Below are positions 27,009 to 35,436 of a DNA stretch of 64,000 nucleotides, one piece after another. The stretch is from a virus (Duplodnaviria; Caudoviricetes). A program made the position numbers and the translations under genes. The notes under the pieces were generated by a model that saw nothing but the letters and a program-made list of their open reading frames with translations, ran no database searches and had not been told where the DNA came from. The stretch spans positions 2,208-66,207 of IMG/VR virus record IMGVR_UViG_3300008450_000030; one strand, written 5' to 3'. Positions within the stretch are counted from its first letter, which is position 1. Each line of letters begins with the position of its first letter.

Positions 27009-28816
27009 TTCTGACAATCGACTTCGAGACTTTCTACTCGCAGGAGTTCAGCCTAACAAAGTTAACCACGGAGGAGTACATCCGCTCTTCCGAGTTCGAG
27101 GTTATCGGTGTTGCAGTACAGGTAGACGATGGGGAGCCCGAGTGGTTCAGCGGCGATGCTTTGAAGACCCATGCGTTCCTGAGCAAATTCGACTGGGGTA
27201 ACTCCACAGCGGTAGCGCACAACGCTGTGTTCGACGGGGCTATCCTTAATTGGTTGTACGGTATACGCCCTAAGGGGTGGGTGGACACCCTCAGCATGGC
27301 ACGTGCTCTGCACGGTACTGAAGTAGGCGGTAGTCTCAAGGTGCTAGCCGAGCACTACAAGATAGGCGTGAAGGGCACGGAGGTAGTCGATGCCATTGGG
27401 CTGAGGCGTGAGCAGTTCGGTGCTGAGCAACTAGCGCAGTATGGCGAGTACTGCAAGAACGATGTGGCCCTGACTTGGAAGTTGTACAAGGCGATGGGTG
27501 ACTTCCCCGCAGTTGAGTTGAGCCTGATTGATATCACGCTGCGGATGTTCACCGAGCCCGTACTGCAGTTGGACAGGATGGCATTATCCGCGCACCTTAT
27601 CCGTATAAAGGCGCACAAAGTCCAACTCCTTGGCGAGTTCGACAAAGACACGCTGATGAGCAACCCCAAGTTTGCCGGGGCCCTAACAGAGTTAGGGGTC
27701 ACTCCTCCTATGAAGGTTAGCCCAGCGAACGGCAAGCAGACCTATGCCTTCTCTAAGTCCGACGAAGAGTTCACGGCACTACTTGAGCACGACAATCTGA
27801 GGGTGCAAGCCCTTGTCGCTGCACGGCTAGGTACTAAGTCCACCCTCGAAGAGACACGAACCGAGCGGCTGATAGGGACCGCCGAGCGAGGCCCTTTGCC
27901 AGTTCCCCTCCGGTACTACGCTGCCCATACTGGGCGATGGGGTGGCGACGACAAGTTGAACCTCCAGAACCTCCCACGGGGTTCGCTGCTCAAGAAGTGC
28001 ATCATCGCGCCAATGGGCTACTACGTCCTTGACTCAGACTCTTCCCAGATTGAAGCGCGTACGCTGGCATGGCTAGCGGGGCAGACTGATCTAGTCGAAG
28101 CGTTTGATCGGGGCGAGGATGTGTACCGCATTATGGCTGCTCGCATATACACCAAGGCCGAAGCAGACATCACGAAGGAAGAACGCTTTGTGGGTAAGAC
28201 AACCATCCTTGGCGCAGGGTACGGGATGGGTGCGGCTAGGTTCCAAACGCAACTCAAGACGTTCGGCGTAACCATTGAGTTGGATGAGTGCCAGCGGATC
28301 ATCGACACGTACCGCACAACGTACGGCAGTATAAAAAAGTTATGGGCCGAGGCGGGTAAGGCTATAGATGCCATCATGGAAGACAAGCACACCACACTAG
28401 GAGTGAACGGAGTGCTGAACGTAGACGGCAAGAAGGGCATCCTTCTGCCTAACGGCCTACGCCTAAAGTACCCCAATCTACGCAACCATCAGGACGACGA
28501 TGGGGATACTGAAACTGTGTACGACACGAGGAAAGGGAAAGCCACTATCCTCACGCGCATTTATGGGGGTAAGGTCGTAGAGAACGTGTGCCAAGCACTC
28601 GCTCGAATTATCATTGGCGACCAGATGCTCATCGTCAATAAGAAGTACCGTGTTGTGATGACTGTGCATGATGCCATTGCGTGTGTAGTGCCAGAGGAAG
28701 AGATACATACGGCCAAAGAGTACATCGAAATGTGTATGAGATTACGCCCATCGTGGGCGCTGGATTTACCACTAAATTGTGAGGCTGGATATGGAGAAAG
28801 TTACGGCGATTGTTGA
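27005..28816 (+). CDS. polA: Family A DNA polymerase with 3'-5' exonuclease
   Basis: Exo DFET and HNAVFD; motif A DSSQIEAR; motif B KTTILGAGYG; motif C VHDA. Confidence 0.95.
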   Translation: MILTIDFETFYSQEFSLTKLTTEEYIRSSEFEVIGVAVQVDDGEPEWFSGDALKTHAFLSKFDWGNSTAVAHNAVFDGAILNWLYGIRPKGWVDTLSMARALHGTEVGGSLKVLAEHYKIGVKGTEVVDAIGLRREQFGAEQLAQYGEYCKNDVALTWKLYKAMGDFPAVELSLIDITLRMFTEPVLQLDRMALSAHLIRIKAHKVQLLGEFDKDTLMSNPKFAGALTELGVTPPMKVSPANGKQTYAFSKSDEEFTALLEHDNLRVQALVAARLGTKSTLEETRTERLIGTAERGPLPVPLRYYAAHTGRWGGDDKLNLQNLPRGSLLKKCIIAPMGYYVLDSDSSQIEARTLAWLAGQTDLVEAFDRGEDVYRIMAARIYTKAEADITKEERFVGKTTILGAGYGMGAARFQTQLKTFGVTIELDECQRIIDTYRTTYGSIKKLWAEAGKAIDAIMEDKHTTLGVNGVLNVDGKKGILLPNGLRLKYPNLRNHQDDDGDTETVYDTRKGKATILTRIYGGKVVENVCQALARIIIGDQMLIVNKKYRVVMTVHDAIACVVPEEEIHTAKEYIEMCMRLRPSWALDLPLNCEAGYGESYGDC

Positions 28817-28994
28817 CTACGCTTACCCCTGCATGATGGCAGAGAAGGGTTTACGTAAAGTGCATGACGCGATGTTGAACAATGATTTTGATACCGCTAT
28901 AGAGGCTGCTATACAAACGCTAGTAGATACGAAGTTGATGGTCAATGCGATCAAAGACATGAAAGACATGAATGAGAAATTGAGGTCGGTATGA
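28791..28994 (+). CDS. Small hypothetical protein
   Basis: IVDYAYPCMMAEKGL...; fills the gap between polA and the nuclease gene. Confidence 0.65.
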   Translation: MEKVTAIVDYAYPCMMAEKGLRKVHDAMLNNDFDTAIEAAIQTLVDTKLMVNAIKDMKDMNEKLRSV

Positions 28995-29656
28995 AGCCAA
29001 TCATCTGGTCGTTCAGTAGTCTGAAGACATTCCAGCAGTGCCCCAAAAAGTACTACCACACCAAGGTAGCGAAGGACATTGTTGAACCTGATACGGTAGC
29101 AACCTTATACGGGAAGTCTGCCCATACCGCCGCAGAAGACTTCATTCGGGAGGGCAAACCAATCGAGCCCAAGTTCGATTACATGAAGTCCACGCTAGAT
29201 GAGTTGGCAAAGATTCCCGGCGAGAAGTTGGTCGAGGTCAAGTTAGGGCTAACGAAAGACTTGAAAGCCTGTGACTTCAACGCCCCAGACGTATGGTGGC
29301 ACGGCATCGCCGACTTGGTTGTGCTGGACCATGAACGGCAGTTGGCCTACTCGGTGGACTACAAGACCAGCAAGAGCGCACGGTATGCGGACGTTAAGCA
29401 GTTGGACCTTGTGGCGGTGGGTATCTTCGCCAAGTTCCCTAACATTGTTAGAGTGAAGTCTGCTTTGATATTTGTAGTGAGCAAAGAGTTTGTTAGGGCT
29501 GAGCACCATGTAAATATGATTCACAAGTACATGGAGAAGCCAGCGCAAGATGTGGCGCGGATCGAGCAAGCGTATGAGTCGGGTGTTTGGAATCCAGTCC
29601 AAGGCCCGTTGTGTAAGTTCTGCTCTGTTTCCTCGTGTATGTATAACCGCAACTAG
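28991..29656 (+). CDS. PD-(D/E)XK exonuclease, Cas4/RecB-like with Fe-S cysteines
   Basis: WSFSSL...CPKKY, GIAD, VDYKT, QL, CKFC..C. Confidence 0.9.
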   Translation: MKPIIWSFSSLKTFQQCPKKYYHTKVAKDIVEPDTVATLYGKSAHTAAEDFIREGKPIEPKFDYMKSTLDELAKIPGEKLVEVKLGLTKDLKACDFNAPDVWWHGIADLVVLDHERQLAYSVDYKTSKSARYADVKQLDLVAVGIFAKFPNIVRVKSALIFVVSKEFVRAEHHVNMIHKYMEKPAQDVARIEQAYESGVWNPVQGPLCKFCSVSSCMYNRN

Positions 29657-29665
29657 GAGAAGCGG

Positions 29666-29848
29666 ATGATTCCAACGGATATGTGTAGTGGGTCGTGCCA
29701 AGGCAAGAGAGAAAACTGCCCTGCGCCACAAGCGTGTGGGTGGCCTGACCCAGAGGGTGAGGATAAGGGGTTTCTAGACGCAGTTGTGTTCGTATTAGCG
29801 GTGTTGAGTTTAGTTGTACTTTGTTTTGGAGTAATGATATGGCTTTGA
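29666..29848 (+). CDS. Small Cys-rich membrane protein
   Basis: CSGSCQG..CPAPQAC plus a C-terminal TM helix. Confidence 0.65.
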   Translation: MIPTDMCSGSCQGKRENCPAPQACGWPDPEGEDKGFLDAVVFVLAVLSLVVLCFGVMIWL

Positions 29849-30030
29849 TTTGGCGGTGTGCTGCACAGGCAGCGAAAGACTCTATGCGTAACCGTGTACC
29901 TATTCAGGAAATCCTAAAGGCCACGGGGGCTGGGTGGGAGATACCCAACAATATGCAGCCACCCGAGGATGCAACTGCTAAGGAATTAGCGTTGTGGGTA
30001 CGCGAGGTTGCTAGGCCATGCGCTTCTTAA
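29839..30030 (+). CDS. Small hypothetical protein
   Basis: Starts MALIWRCAAQAA after a GGAG RBS. Confidence 0.55.
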   Translation: MALIWRCAAQAAKDSMRNRVPIQEILKATGAGWEIPNNMQPPEDATAKELALWVREVARPCAS

Positions 30031-30194
30031 TCTTAGCGTTGTCTTCGGTGCTTTGGCTGTATGCGTGTTCGCAGCCGCCTGAAATAGTACCCGAGGACGA
30101 TGAGAACGACATCTATCGTTGCTATCTCAACAAGGACGGCACGTTACTCATCTGCCCCGAGAAGACAAAGCCAACGAGGATGGCGCGTGATTAG
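30018..30194 (+). CDS. Small putative lipoprotein (58 aa, not in track)
   Basis: MRFLILALSSVLWLYA-CSQPPE has a signal peptide II lipobox; GAGG RBS. Confidence 0.55.
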   Translation: MRFLILALSSVLWLYACSQPPEIVPEDDENDIYRCYLNKDGTLLICPEKTKPTRMARD

Positions 30195-30378
30195 CTGGGA
30201 GAAGGCACTGGAGATAACAAAGTTATTGGAGGTAGTCAAAGAAGACTGCCGCCGAGAGTCTTTGGCGATGCTGCTCAAAGCCGAGGGGTTTCAACTGCCA
30301 CGGGCTGTACCTACAGATACGCTGCATGACTTACATAAACTTGCCGAGTTCATCAGGCTGCACTCAAGGATACTTTAA
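30187..30378 (+). CDS. Small hypothetical protein
   Basis: GTG start after GAGGA, in the frame of track ORF 30100-30378. Confidence 0.5.
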   Translation: MISWEKALEITKLLEVVKEDCRRESLAMLLKAEGFQLPRAVPTDTLHDLHKLAEFIRLHSRIL

Positions 30379-30380
30379 CA

Positions 30381-30686
30381 ATGGGAACACCCATCTTAGG
30401 GTACATCTACAGACAAGCCCCCACACCGGAAGGTGAGGAGCACCCCAATATAGAGAGATTAGCCGTATTTGCGAAGGAGGATAAAGTGACGAAAACAACG
30501 ATGAACCTATACCCAGTCAAGTTCGAGTGCATCTGCCAAGACACTGCTGAACAGTTGTTCATCATAGAGAACAACGATGGGCCGACAGCCAATGTGTATA
30601 TCAAAACCCCCGTCACAGTTGAATACTGGGATGAGATCGCAGCCAAGGTTCGAGAGGCTTTGGTGATGATGGACTTGGGGAATTGA
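30381..30686 (+). CDS. Hypothetical protein
   Basis: 101-aa ORF in the accessory cluster. Confidence 0.6.
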   Translation: MGTPILGYIYRQAPTPEGEEHPNIERLAVFAKEDKVTKTTMNLYPVKFECICQDTAEQLFIIENNDGPTANVYIKTPVTVEYWDEIAAKVREALVMMDLGN

Positions 30687-30687
30687 G

Positions 30688-31071
30688 ATGGCGACGATAG
30701 GCTTTACTCGAATATGTTTTGTATGCGATAAGAAGAAGGTCGCGTTAGGTGGCACGTTCAATCCACGCCAAAAGGTGTGGAAGTGCGCTGGTTGTTCCGG
30801 CAATACTACGAAATGGAATATGGAAGATTTGTATAAACCTAGATGGCACAAAGGCCCACCCCCGAGCATCGGCTGGTGGCCGACAAAGAACACGTTAAAC
30901 ACACACCAAGGTGCGTACCGTTGGTGGGATGGAGAGGTATGGAGTTGGCCCGCATTTATGCATGAGTCCGCAGCCAAGGCTGCACACTGGGCGGCTAAAA
31001 AAGAACTTGGACGCAACGACATCGAGTGGACTGACCGCCCTAAAAATTGGCCCGAGAGAAGCAAAACTTAG
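30688..31071 (+). CDS. Hypothetical protein (Zn-knuckle + Trp-rich domain)
   Basis: CFVC..CAGC, then WHKGPPPSIGWWP...RWWDG..WS. Confidence 0.65.
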   Translation: MATIGFTRICFVCDKKKVALGGTFNPRQKVWKCAGCSGNTTKWNMEDLYKPRWHKGPPPSIGWWPTKNTLNTHQGAYRWWDGEVWSWPAFMHESAAKAAHWAAKKELGRNDIEWTDRPKNWPERSKT

Positions 31072-31080
31072 GAGAGAAAT

Positions 31081-31308
31081 ATGTACAACGACAAAGATTT
31101 AGACATTGTGAACGTGCTGCGTATGTACGCAGACGATCTTCATTCGGATGGCGGGTTCAACGGTTATGCACGGGCAATGTCTCTTGCAGCCGATGAGATC
31201 GTGAAACTGCGCGATCACGCTAAAGCAACGGAGGAAGACTTGGTGGCAACCATCGAGCAGCGCGATGCAGCACGGGCGGTTTTGAAGGACTGGCATGAAA
31301 CTCGATAA
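31081..31308 (+). CDS. Hypothetical protein
   Basis: DIVNVLR...AADEIVKLR pattern; AGGAG RBS. Confidence 0.7.
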   Translation: MYNDKDLDIVNVLRMYADDLHSDGGFNGYARAMSLAADEIVKLRDHAKATEEDLVATIEQRDAARAVLKDWHETR

Positions 31309-31570
31309 GGAATTACTAAAAAATGTTTCATCAAACAGTGATGTCTTACCCGGAAACATCTACCCCGCGAAGGGGGGTCGCAAGTCCCCCGGCACTGAGT
31401 TCTGGCTTGTGGTGTCATGCTCCACGAACGGGGCGCACTGTATCGGGTTTAGTGCCGATGGTGAGCCTGTGTCTACAACCTCATACCTCAAGTCAGCGAT
31501 GCGAGAGCGTCCGGTGGTGGGGAGAGTTGATATGGCATCTTTGATACTGAAAGAGTTGAACAATGAGTGA
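31295..31570 (+). CDS. Hypothetical protein
   Basis: 91 aa, overlapping and coupled to its neighbours. Confidence 0.65.
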   Translation: MKLDKELLKNVSSNSDVLPGNIYPAKGGRKSPGTEFWLVVSCSTNGAHCIGFSADGEPVSTTSYLKSAMRERPVVGRVDMASLILKELNNE

Positions 31571-31940
31571 CCTACGCAAAGCAGCAGAGGCTGCACTGGC
31601 TGCAATGAACTCCGGGCCTGACGTTGACCCGATCTTTGCTGGTGAAACCATCACCGCCCTCCGCGCTGCCCTCGCGCAGCCTGAGCAAGACTTGCAGTTG
31701 GTTGCCAACCTGTTGAAAGAGTATGGGCTGGAAACGCTGGAAGTTATTGCCGCACTCAAAACGCAGCCTGAGCAGGAGCCTGTGGCGGTGGTAGCAATGG
31801 ATGTTTCAGGTGTGCATATGTCCTATGGTGGTCAATACCTTGGACAGAAGCCTGATACCAAGATTGCAATGCTGCTGAAAGACTTGCCAGTAGGGACACA
31901 TCTTTACGTTGCTGTAGGGATGGGGGTCAGTAATGAGTGA
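31563..31940 (+). CDS. Hypothetical modular protein (AQPEQEPVA type)
   Basis: Starts MSDLRK; contains repeated QPEQ. Confidence 0.7.
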   Translation: MSDLRKAAEAALAAMNSGPDVDPIFAGETITALRAALAQPEQDLQLVANLLKEYGLETLEVIAALKTQPEQEPVAVVAMDVSGVHMSYGGQYLGQKPDTKIAMLLKDLPVGTHLYVAVGMGVSNE

Positions 31941-32295
31941 CCTACGCAAGATGGCGCGGGATGCTGGGTTCAACACAGAGTTTGATGACTATGTGATAGA
32001 CCATTGGCAACGTTTTGAAAAGTTTGCTCGACTCATAAATGCTGAAGCCCTCGCGCAGCATGAAGAGCCTGTACTTTGGGTGATGCCAGACGGCAAGACT
32101 GCTGATAAGTGGGCACTTCAGTTTTATGGGGGTCAAGCAGGAGAACCTTTATACAAGGCTCCTCCCCAGCGCAACACCTTGCCGTTGTCAGATGACGAGA
32201 TCAAGTGCATCAAACCAATATGCGCTGACTTTGTGAGTTTCCGTGCTGGTGTGCGACACGCCGAGCGAGAGCATGGAATTGGGGGTGAGAAATGA
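31933..32295 (+). CDS. Hypothetical modular protein
   Basis: Starts MSDLRK; ends AEREHGIG. Confidence 0.7.
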   Translation: MSDLRKMARDAGFNTEFDDYVIDHWQRFEKFARLINAEALAQHEEPVLWVMPDGKTADKWALQFYGGQAGEPLYKAPPQRNTLPLSDDEIKCIKPICADFVSFRAGVRHAEREHGIGGEK

Positions 32296-32639
32296 ACGCA
32301 AGACTTTTGGAACTTGCCGAACAATCCGGCATAGCCAAAGTACTTAACCAACACGCATGGGAATTCGGCAGTGGCAAGTTTGAACTAGACCATTACCCAG
32401 AGTTAACCAAGTTTGCTGAGTTGGTTATTGCTGCCTACACACCACCGCCCCACCCCATCTATCTTGCAAGCGACAGCAGGTTTTACGAAATCCCTCAACG
32501 GCAGAAGCCGCTGCCGGAGTCCGAGGTGAATGAAATGTATAGAGAAATGTTCTGTGTCCCGAAAGGCAAAACGCTGACACACCAAAATTGGTTTCAAGCA
32601 GGTGTTGCGTGGGCAGAAAACGCGCACGGGATTCGTTAA
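32292..32639 (+). CDS. Hypothetical modular protein
   Basis: MNARLLELAEQ...KFAELV; ends AENAHGI. Confidence 0.7.
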   Translation: MNARLLELAEQSGIAKVLNQHAWEFGSGKFELDHYPELTKFAELVIAAYTPPPHPIYLASDSRFYEIPQRQKPLPESEVNEMYREMFCVPKGKTLTHQNWFQAGVAWAENAHGIR

Positions 32640-32804
32640 ATGGACAAGCCGAAGCCCGACCTCATCAAGAAAGCGATGATGACCGAGATGGATCGACGGC
32701 TTGATCTAATGCGGGAGTACCTGCTTATGCAGGAGAAGATGACCCCGCTTGCTGCGCTTGAGTACAACGTGTTGATGGCTAAATTAACTAAGGAGACAAA
32801 ATGA
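32640..32804 (+). CDS. Small hypothetical protein (54 aa, not in track)
   Basis: MDKPKPDLIKKAMM... exactly fills the gap. Confidence 0.55.
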   Translation: MDKPKPDLIKKAMMTEMDRRLDLMREYLLMQEKMTPLAALEYNVLMAKLTKETK

Positions 32805-33019
32805 GTGTAGATAACGGTGGACCAGCGTTTCCCTTGGACCTGACGGTTGAAGGCGATCACCGCTGGGGGTACGGCATGATGCTGAGAGATTACTTTGCAG
32901 CGAAGGCGCTGCCAAGTTTAATCACAAGATTTGCCCCTGATGATTCGGGTATAGAAAGAGCAGCAACGCTAGCGTATGCCTACGCCGACGCAATGATCGA
33001 AGCAAGGAAGGTGAAATAA
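32801..33019 (+). CDS. Common small phage protein
   Basis: GGPAFP...[12 protein letters not shown]...[12 protein letters not shown]. Confidence 0.8.
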   Translation: MSVDNGGPAFPLDLTVEGDHRWGYGMMLRDYFAAKALPSLITRFAPDDSGIERAATLAYAYADAMIEARKVK

Positions 33020-33276
33020 TGCAGACCGACAGCCCAGCAGAAATCCTTATGCGTTTGTACTCCCAGAAAAGTGATCTGGCAGCAGACGCAGCAGCAGAGA
33101 TCATTCGCCTACGCCAAGCACTACGCTGGCAGCAGGATCGGGAAGGTAGAATTGGCACACATAGCCCCGACTGCTATACGTTCGGGCATAACCATTACGA
33201 GTGCGCCCTCCGCAAGATCAAGTCGCTGGAGGAGGATCATAGGTTTGCACAGGCGCTAGGCCCGTGCGGTAAATAA
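33019..33276 (+). CDS. Hypothetical protein
   Basis: [19 protein letters not shown], a putative metal-binding motif. Confidence 0.7.
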   Translation: MQTDSPAEILMRLYSQKSDLAADAAAEIIRLRQALRWQQDREGRIGTHSPDCYTFGHNHYECALRKIKSLEEDHRFAQALGPCGK

Positions 33277-33286
33277 CGGAGTCATC

Positions 33287-33562
33287 ATGCCCTACGTCAA
33301 CAAGCCCCGCCCGTACAAAAAAGAGTACGCACAACAAGTCGCTAGGGGTGAAGGTCCAACACGAGCGAAGCGAGGGCAAGCACGTGCCGAAATGGACAAA
33401 AAGGGGATTGACCGCACAGGTAAAGACATAGATCATACGGTCCCACTGTCAAAAGGTGGAACCAACGCACCGAGCAACCTAAAGCTGAAAGCACCGAGCG
33501 CAAATCGTTCGTTCAGCAGGAATTCGGACCACACCGTGAAAGTCAACAAGCCTAAAAAATGA
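33287..33562 (+). CDS. Small HNH-type nuclease protein
   Basis: KDIDHTVPLSKGGTN...NL....SANRSF. Confidence 0.8.
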   Translation: MPYVNKPRPYKKEYAQQVARGEGPTRAKRGQARAEMDKKGIDRTGKDIDHTVPLSKGGTNAPSNLKLKAPSANRSFSRNSDHTVKVNKPKK

Positions 33563-34956
33563 ACCTATCAGAGTACAAGTGGCCCCGTCCGCACGGGTTC
33601 ACACCGTTCGATCATCAGAAAGTTACATCAGAATTCCTCATCGCCAACCGCAAGGCCTTCTGCTTCAACGAGCAGGGTACGGGGAAGACAGCATCAGTGA
33701 TTTGGTCAGTAGACTATTTGATGCAAGTAGGGTTAGTGAAGCGTGTGTTAGTGATCTGCCCGCTGTCAATCATGAAGTCGGCATGGCAGAACGATTTGTT
33801 CAAGTTTGCGTTGCACCGCAGCGTTGCGGTTGCTTATGGTTCGGCTAAGAAGCGTAAAGAGATCATCGACTCCGGTGCAGAGTTCGTCATCATCAATTTC
33901 GATGGTGTGGGCATCGTGAAGGAAGAGATCATGGCTGGCGGGTTCGATCTTGTCGTAGTAGATGAAGCATCAGCATATAAGAACGCACAGACAACTAGAT
34001 GGAAGACCCTTCGTGACATCATGAAGGTGGTCAAGGGGCTGTGGATGTTGACGGGTACTCCCGCCGCTCAGTCCCCCGTAGACGCATACGGTTTAGCCAA
34101 GTTGGTTAACCCTAAGTCAGTTGCCCCGTTCTTGGGGCAGTTCCGCGACACCGTGATGTTCAAGGTGAGCGACTATCGGTACATCCCCAGACCCGAAGCG
34201 AAGCACATAGTCCACAAGATTCTGCAGCCAGCGATCAGGTTTGAGAAGGCCCAGTGCCTAGACCTCCCACCAGTTATCCACGTGGATCGGGACGCACCGC
34301 TCACTTCACAGCAGTATGCGTACTACAAGACGCTCAAGAAGGAAATGTTCTTCGAGGCGGCTGGGGAAGAAATCTCTGCCGTCAACGCTGCGGTGAAGAT
34401 CAACAAACTACTGCAGATTTCCAGCGGCGCGGTCTACACCGACAACAAGAGCGTCATCGAGTTCGACGTAAGCAACAGGCTTAACGTAGTACAAGAAGTG
34501 ATTGAGGAAGCAAGCCACAAGGTGCTTGTGTTCGTTCCGTTCACTCACACGATAGCCCTACTGAAGAACCACCTAGACAAGAACAACATCAGTTGCGAAG
34601 TCATCAACGGTTCGGTATCGGTGAACAAGCGATCTGAGATCGTGAGGATGTTCCAAGAGAATGAGTCCCCAAGAGTGCTCATCATCCAACCGCAAGCAGC
34701 CTCCCACGGGCTAACACTAACGGCAGCGAACACAATCATTTGGTACGCTCCGTGCTCTAGTGTGGAAACGTACCTTCAAGCCAATGCACGTATTGACCGC
34801 CCCGGTCAGGTCAACAACATGACCATCGTGCATATATCGGGCTCCCCGGTTGAGGCCAAGATGTACGCACTTCTGCGTAACAACGTAGACAACCACCAGC
34901 ATGTGATTGATCTTTACCGCCAAGAAATTTCTGACGCGCCCGTAGAAATCGCTTGA
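33559..34956 (+). CDS. SNF2-family superfamily 2 helicase
   Basis: QGTGKT, VVDEAS, LTGTP, HGLTLT, QANARIDRPGQ. Confidence 0.92.
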   Translation: MNLSEYKWPRPHGFTPFDHQKVTSEFLIANRKAFCFNEQGTGKTASVIWSVDYLMQVGLVKRVLVICPLSIMKSAWQNDLFKFALHRSVAVAYGSAKKRKEIIDSGAEFVIINFDGVGIVKEEIMAGGFDLVVVDEASAYKNAQTTRWKTLRDIMKVVKGLWMLTGTPAAQSPVDAYGLAKLVNPKSVAPFLGQFRDTVMFKVSDYRYIPRPEAKHIVHKILQPAIRFEKAQCLDLPPVIHVDRDAPLTSQQYAYYKTLKKEMFFEAAGEEISAVNAAVKINKLLQISSGAVYTDNKSVIEFDVSNRLNVVQEVIEEASHKVLVFVPFTHTIALLKNHLDKNNISCEVINGSVSVNKRSEIVRMFQENESPRVLIIQPQAASHGLTLTAANTIIWYAPCSSVETYLQANARIDRPGQVNNMTIVHISGSPVEAKMYALLRNNVDNHQHVIDLYRQEISDAPVEIA

Positions 34957-34980
34957 CAATGTAAAGAGTCTTGCTAAGAT
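34953..34980 (+). promoter_or_regulatory. Promoter for the SSB/primase operon
   Basis: TTGACA-16 nt-TAAGAT with extended TG; palindrome at 34990 overlaps the AGGAG RBS. Confidence 0.7.
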
Positions 34981-35011
34981 AGACCTCCCGTAACAAAGTT
35001 AGGAGATTAGG

Positions 35012-35434
35012 ATGAACGAAGAGGTTCAGGCAGAGTCATCTGTGTCTGTAGACAAGCTGGCCGAGGCTTACATCAAGATTAGAGATGCCAAGGACATGCT
35101 GACAGGCAAGTACAAGGCAGAGTGCGCCGAGATGGACGCACAGATGGATGTTCTGGAAGGGGCGATGCTTGACACGTGCAAGCAGCTAAACGCCGACAGC
35201 ATCCGCACACAACATGGCACAGTCATTCGCTCGGTCAAGTCTAAGTACTGGACGGGCGACTGGGATTCGATGTATCAGTTCATCCGTGAACATGATGCGT
35301 TCGGCCTGTTGGAGAAGAGACTTCATCAAACCAATATGAAGGAGTTCCTCTCTGAGAATCCAGATTCATTCCCGATGGGGATGAACGTAGAAAACTCGTA
35401 CACCATTGTTGTTAGACGCGCAAAAGGAAACTGA
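35012..35434 (+). CDS. Conserved phage replication-module protein
   Basis: YIKIRD...SIRTQHGT...DWDSMYQFI...LLEKRL. Confidence 0.75.
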   Translation: MNEEVQAESSVSVDKLAEAYIKIRDAKDMLTGKYKAECAEMDAQMDVLEGAMLDTCKQLNADSIRTQHGTVIRSVKSKYWTGDWDSMYQFIREHDAFGLLEKRLHQTNMKEFLSENPDSFPMGMNVENSYTIVVRRAKGN

Positions 35435-35436
35435 AA

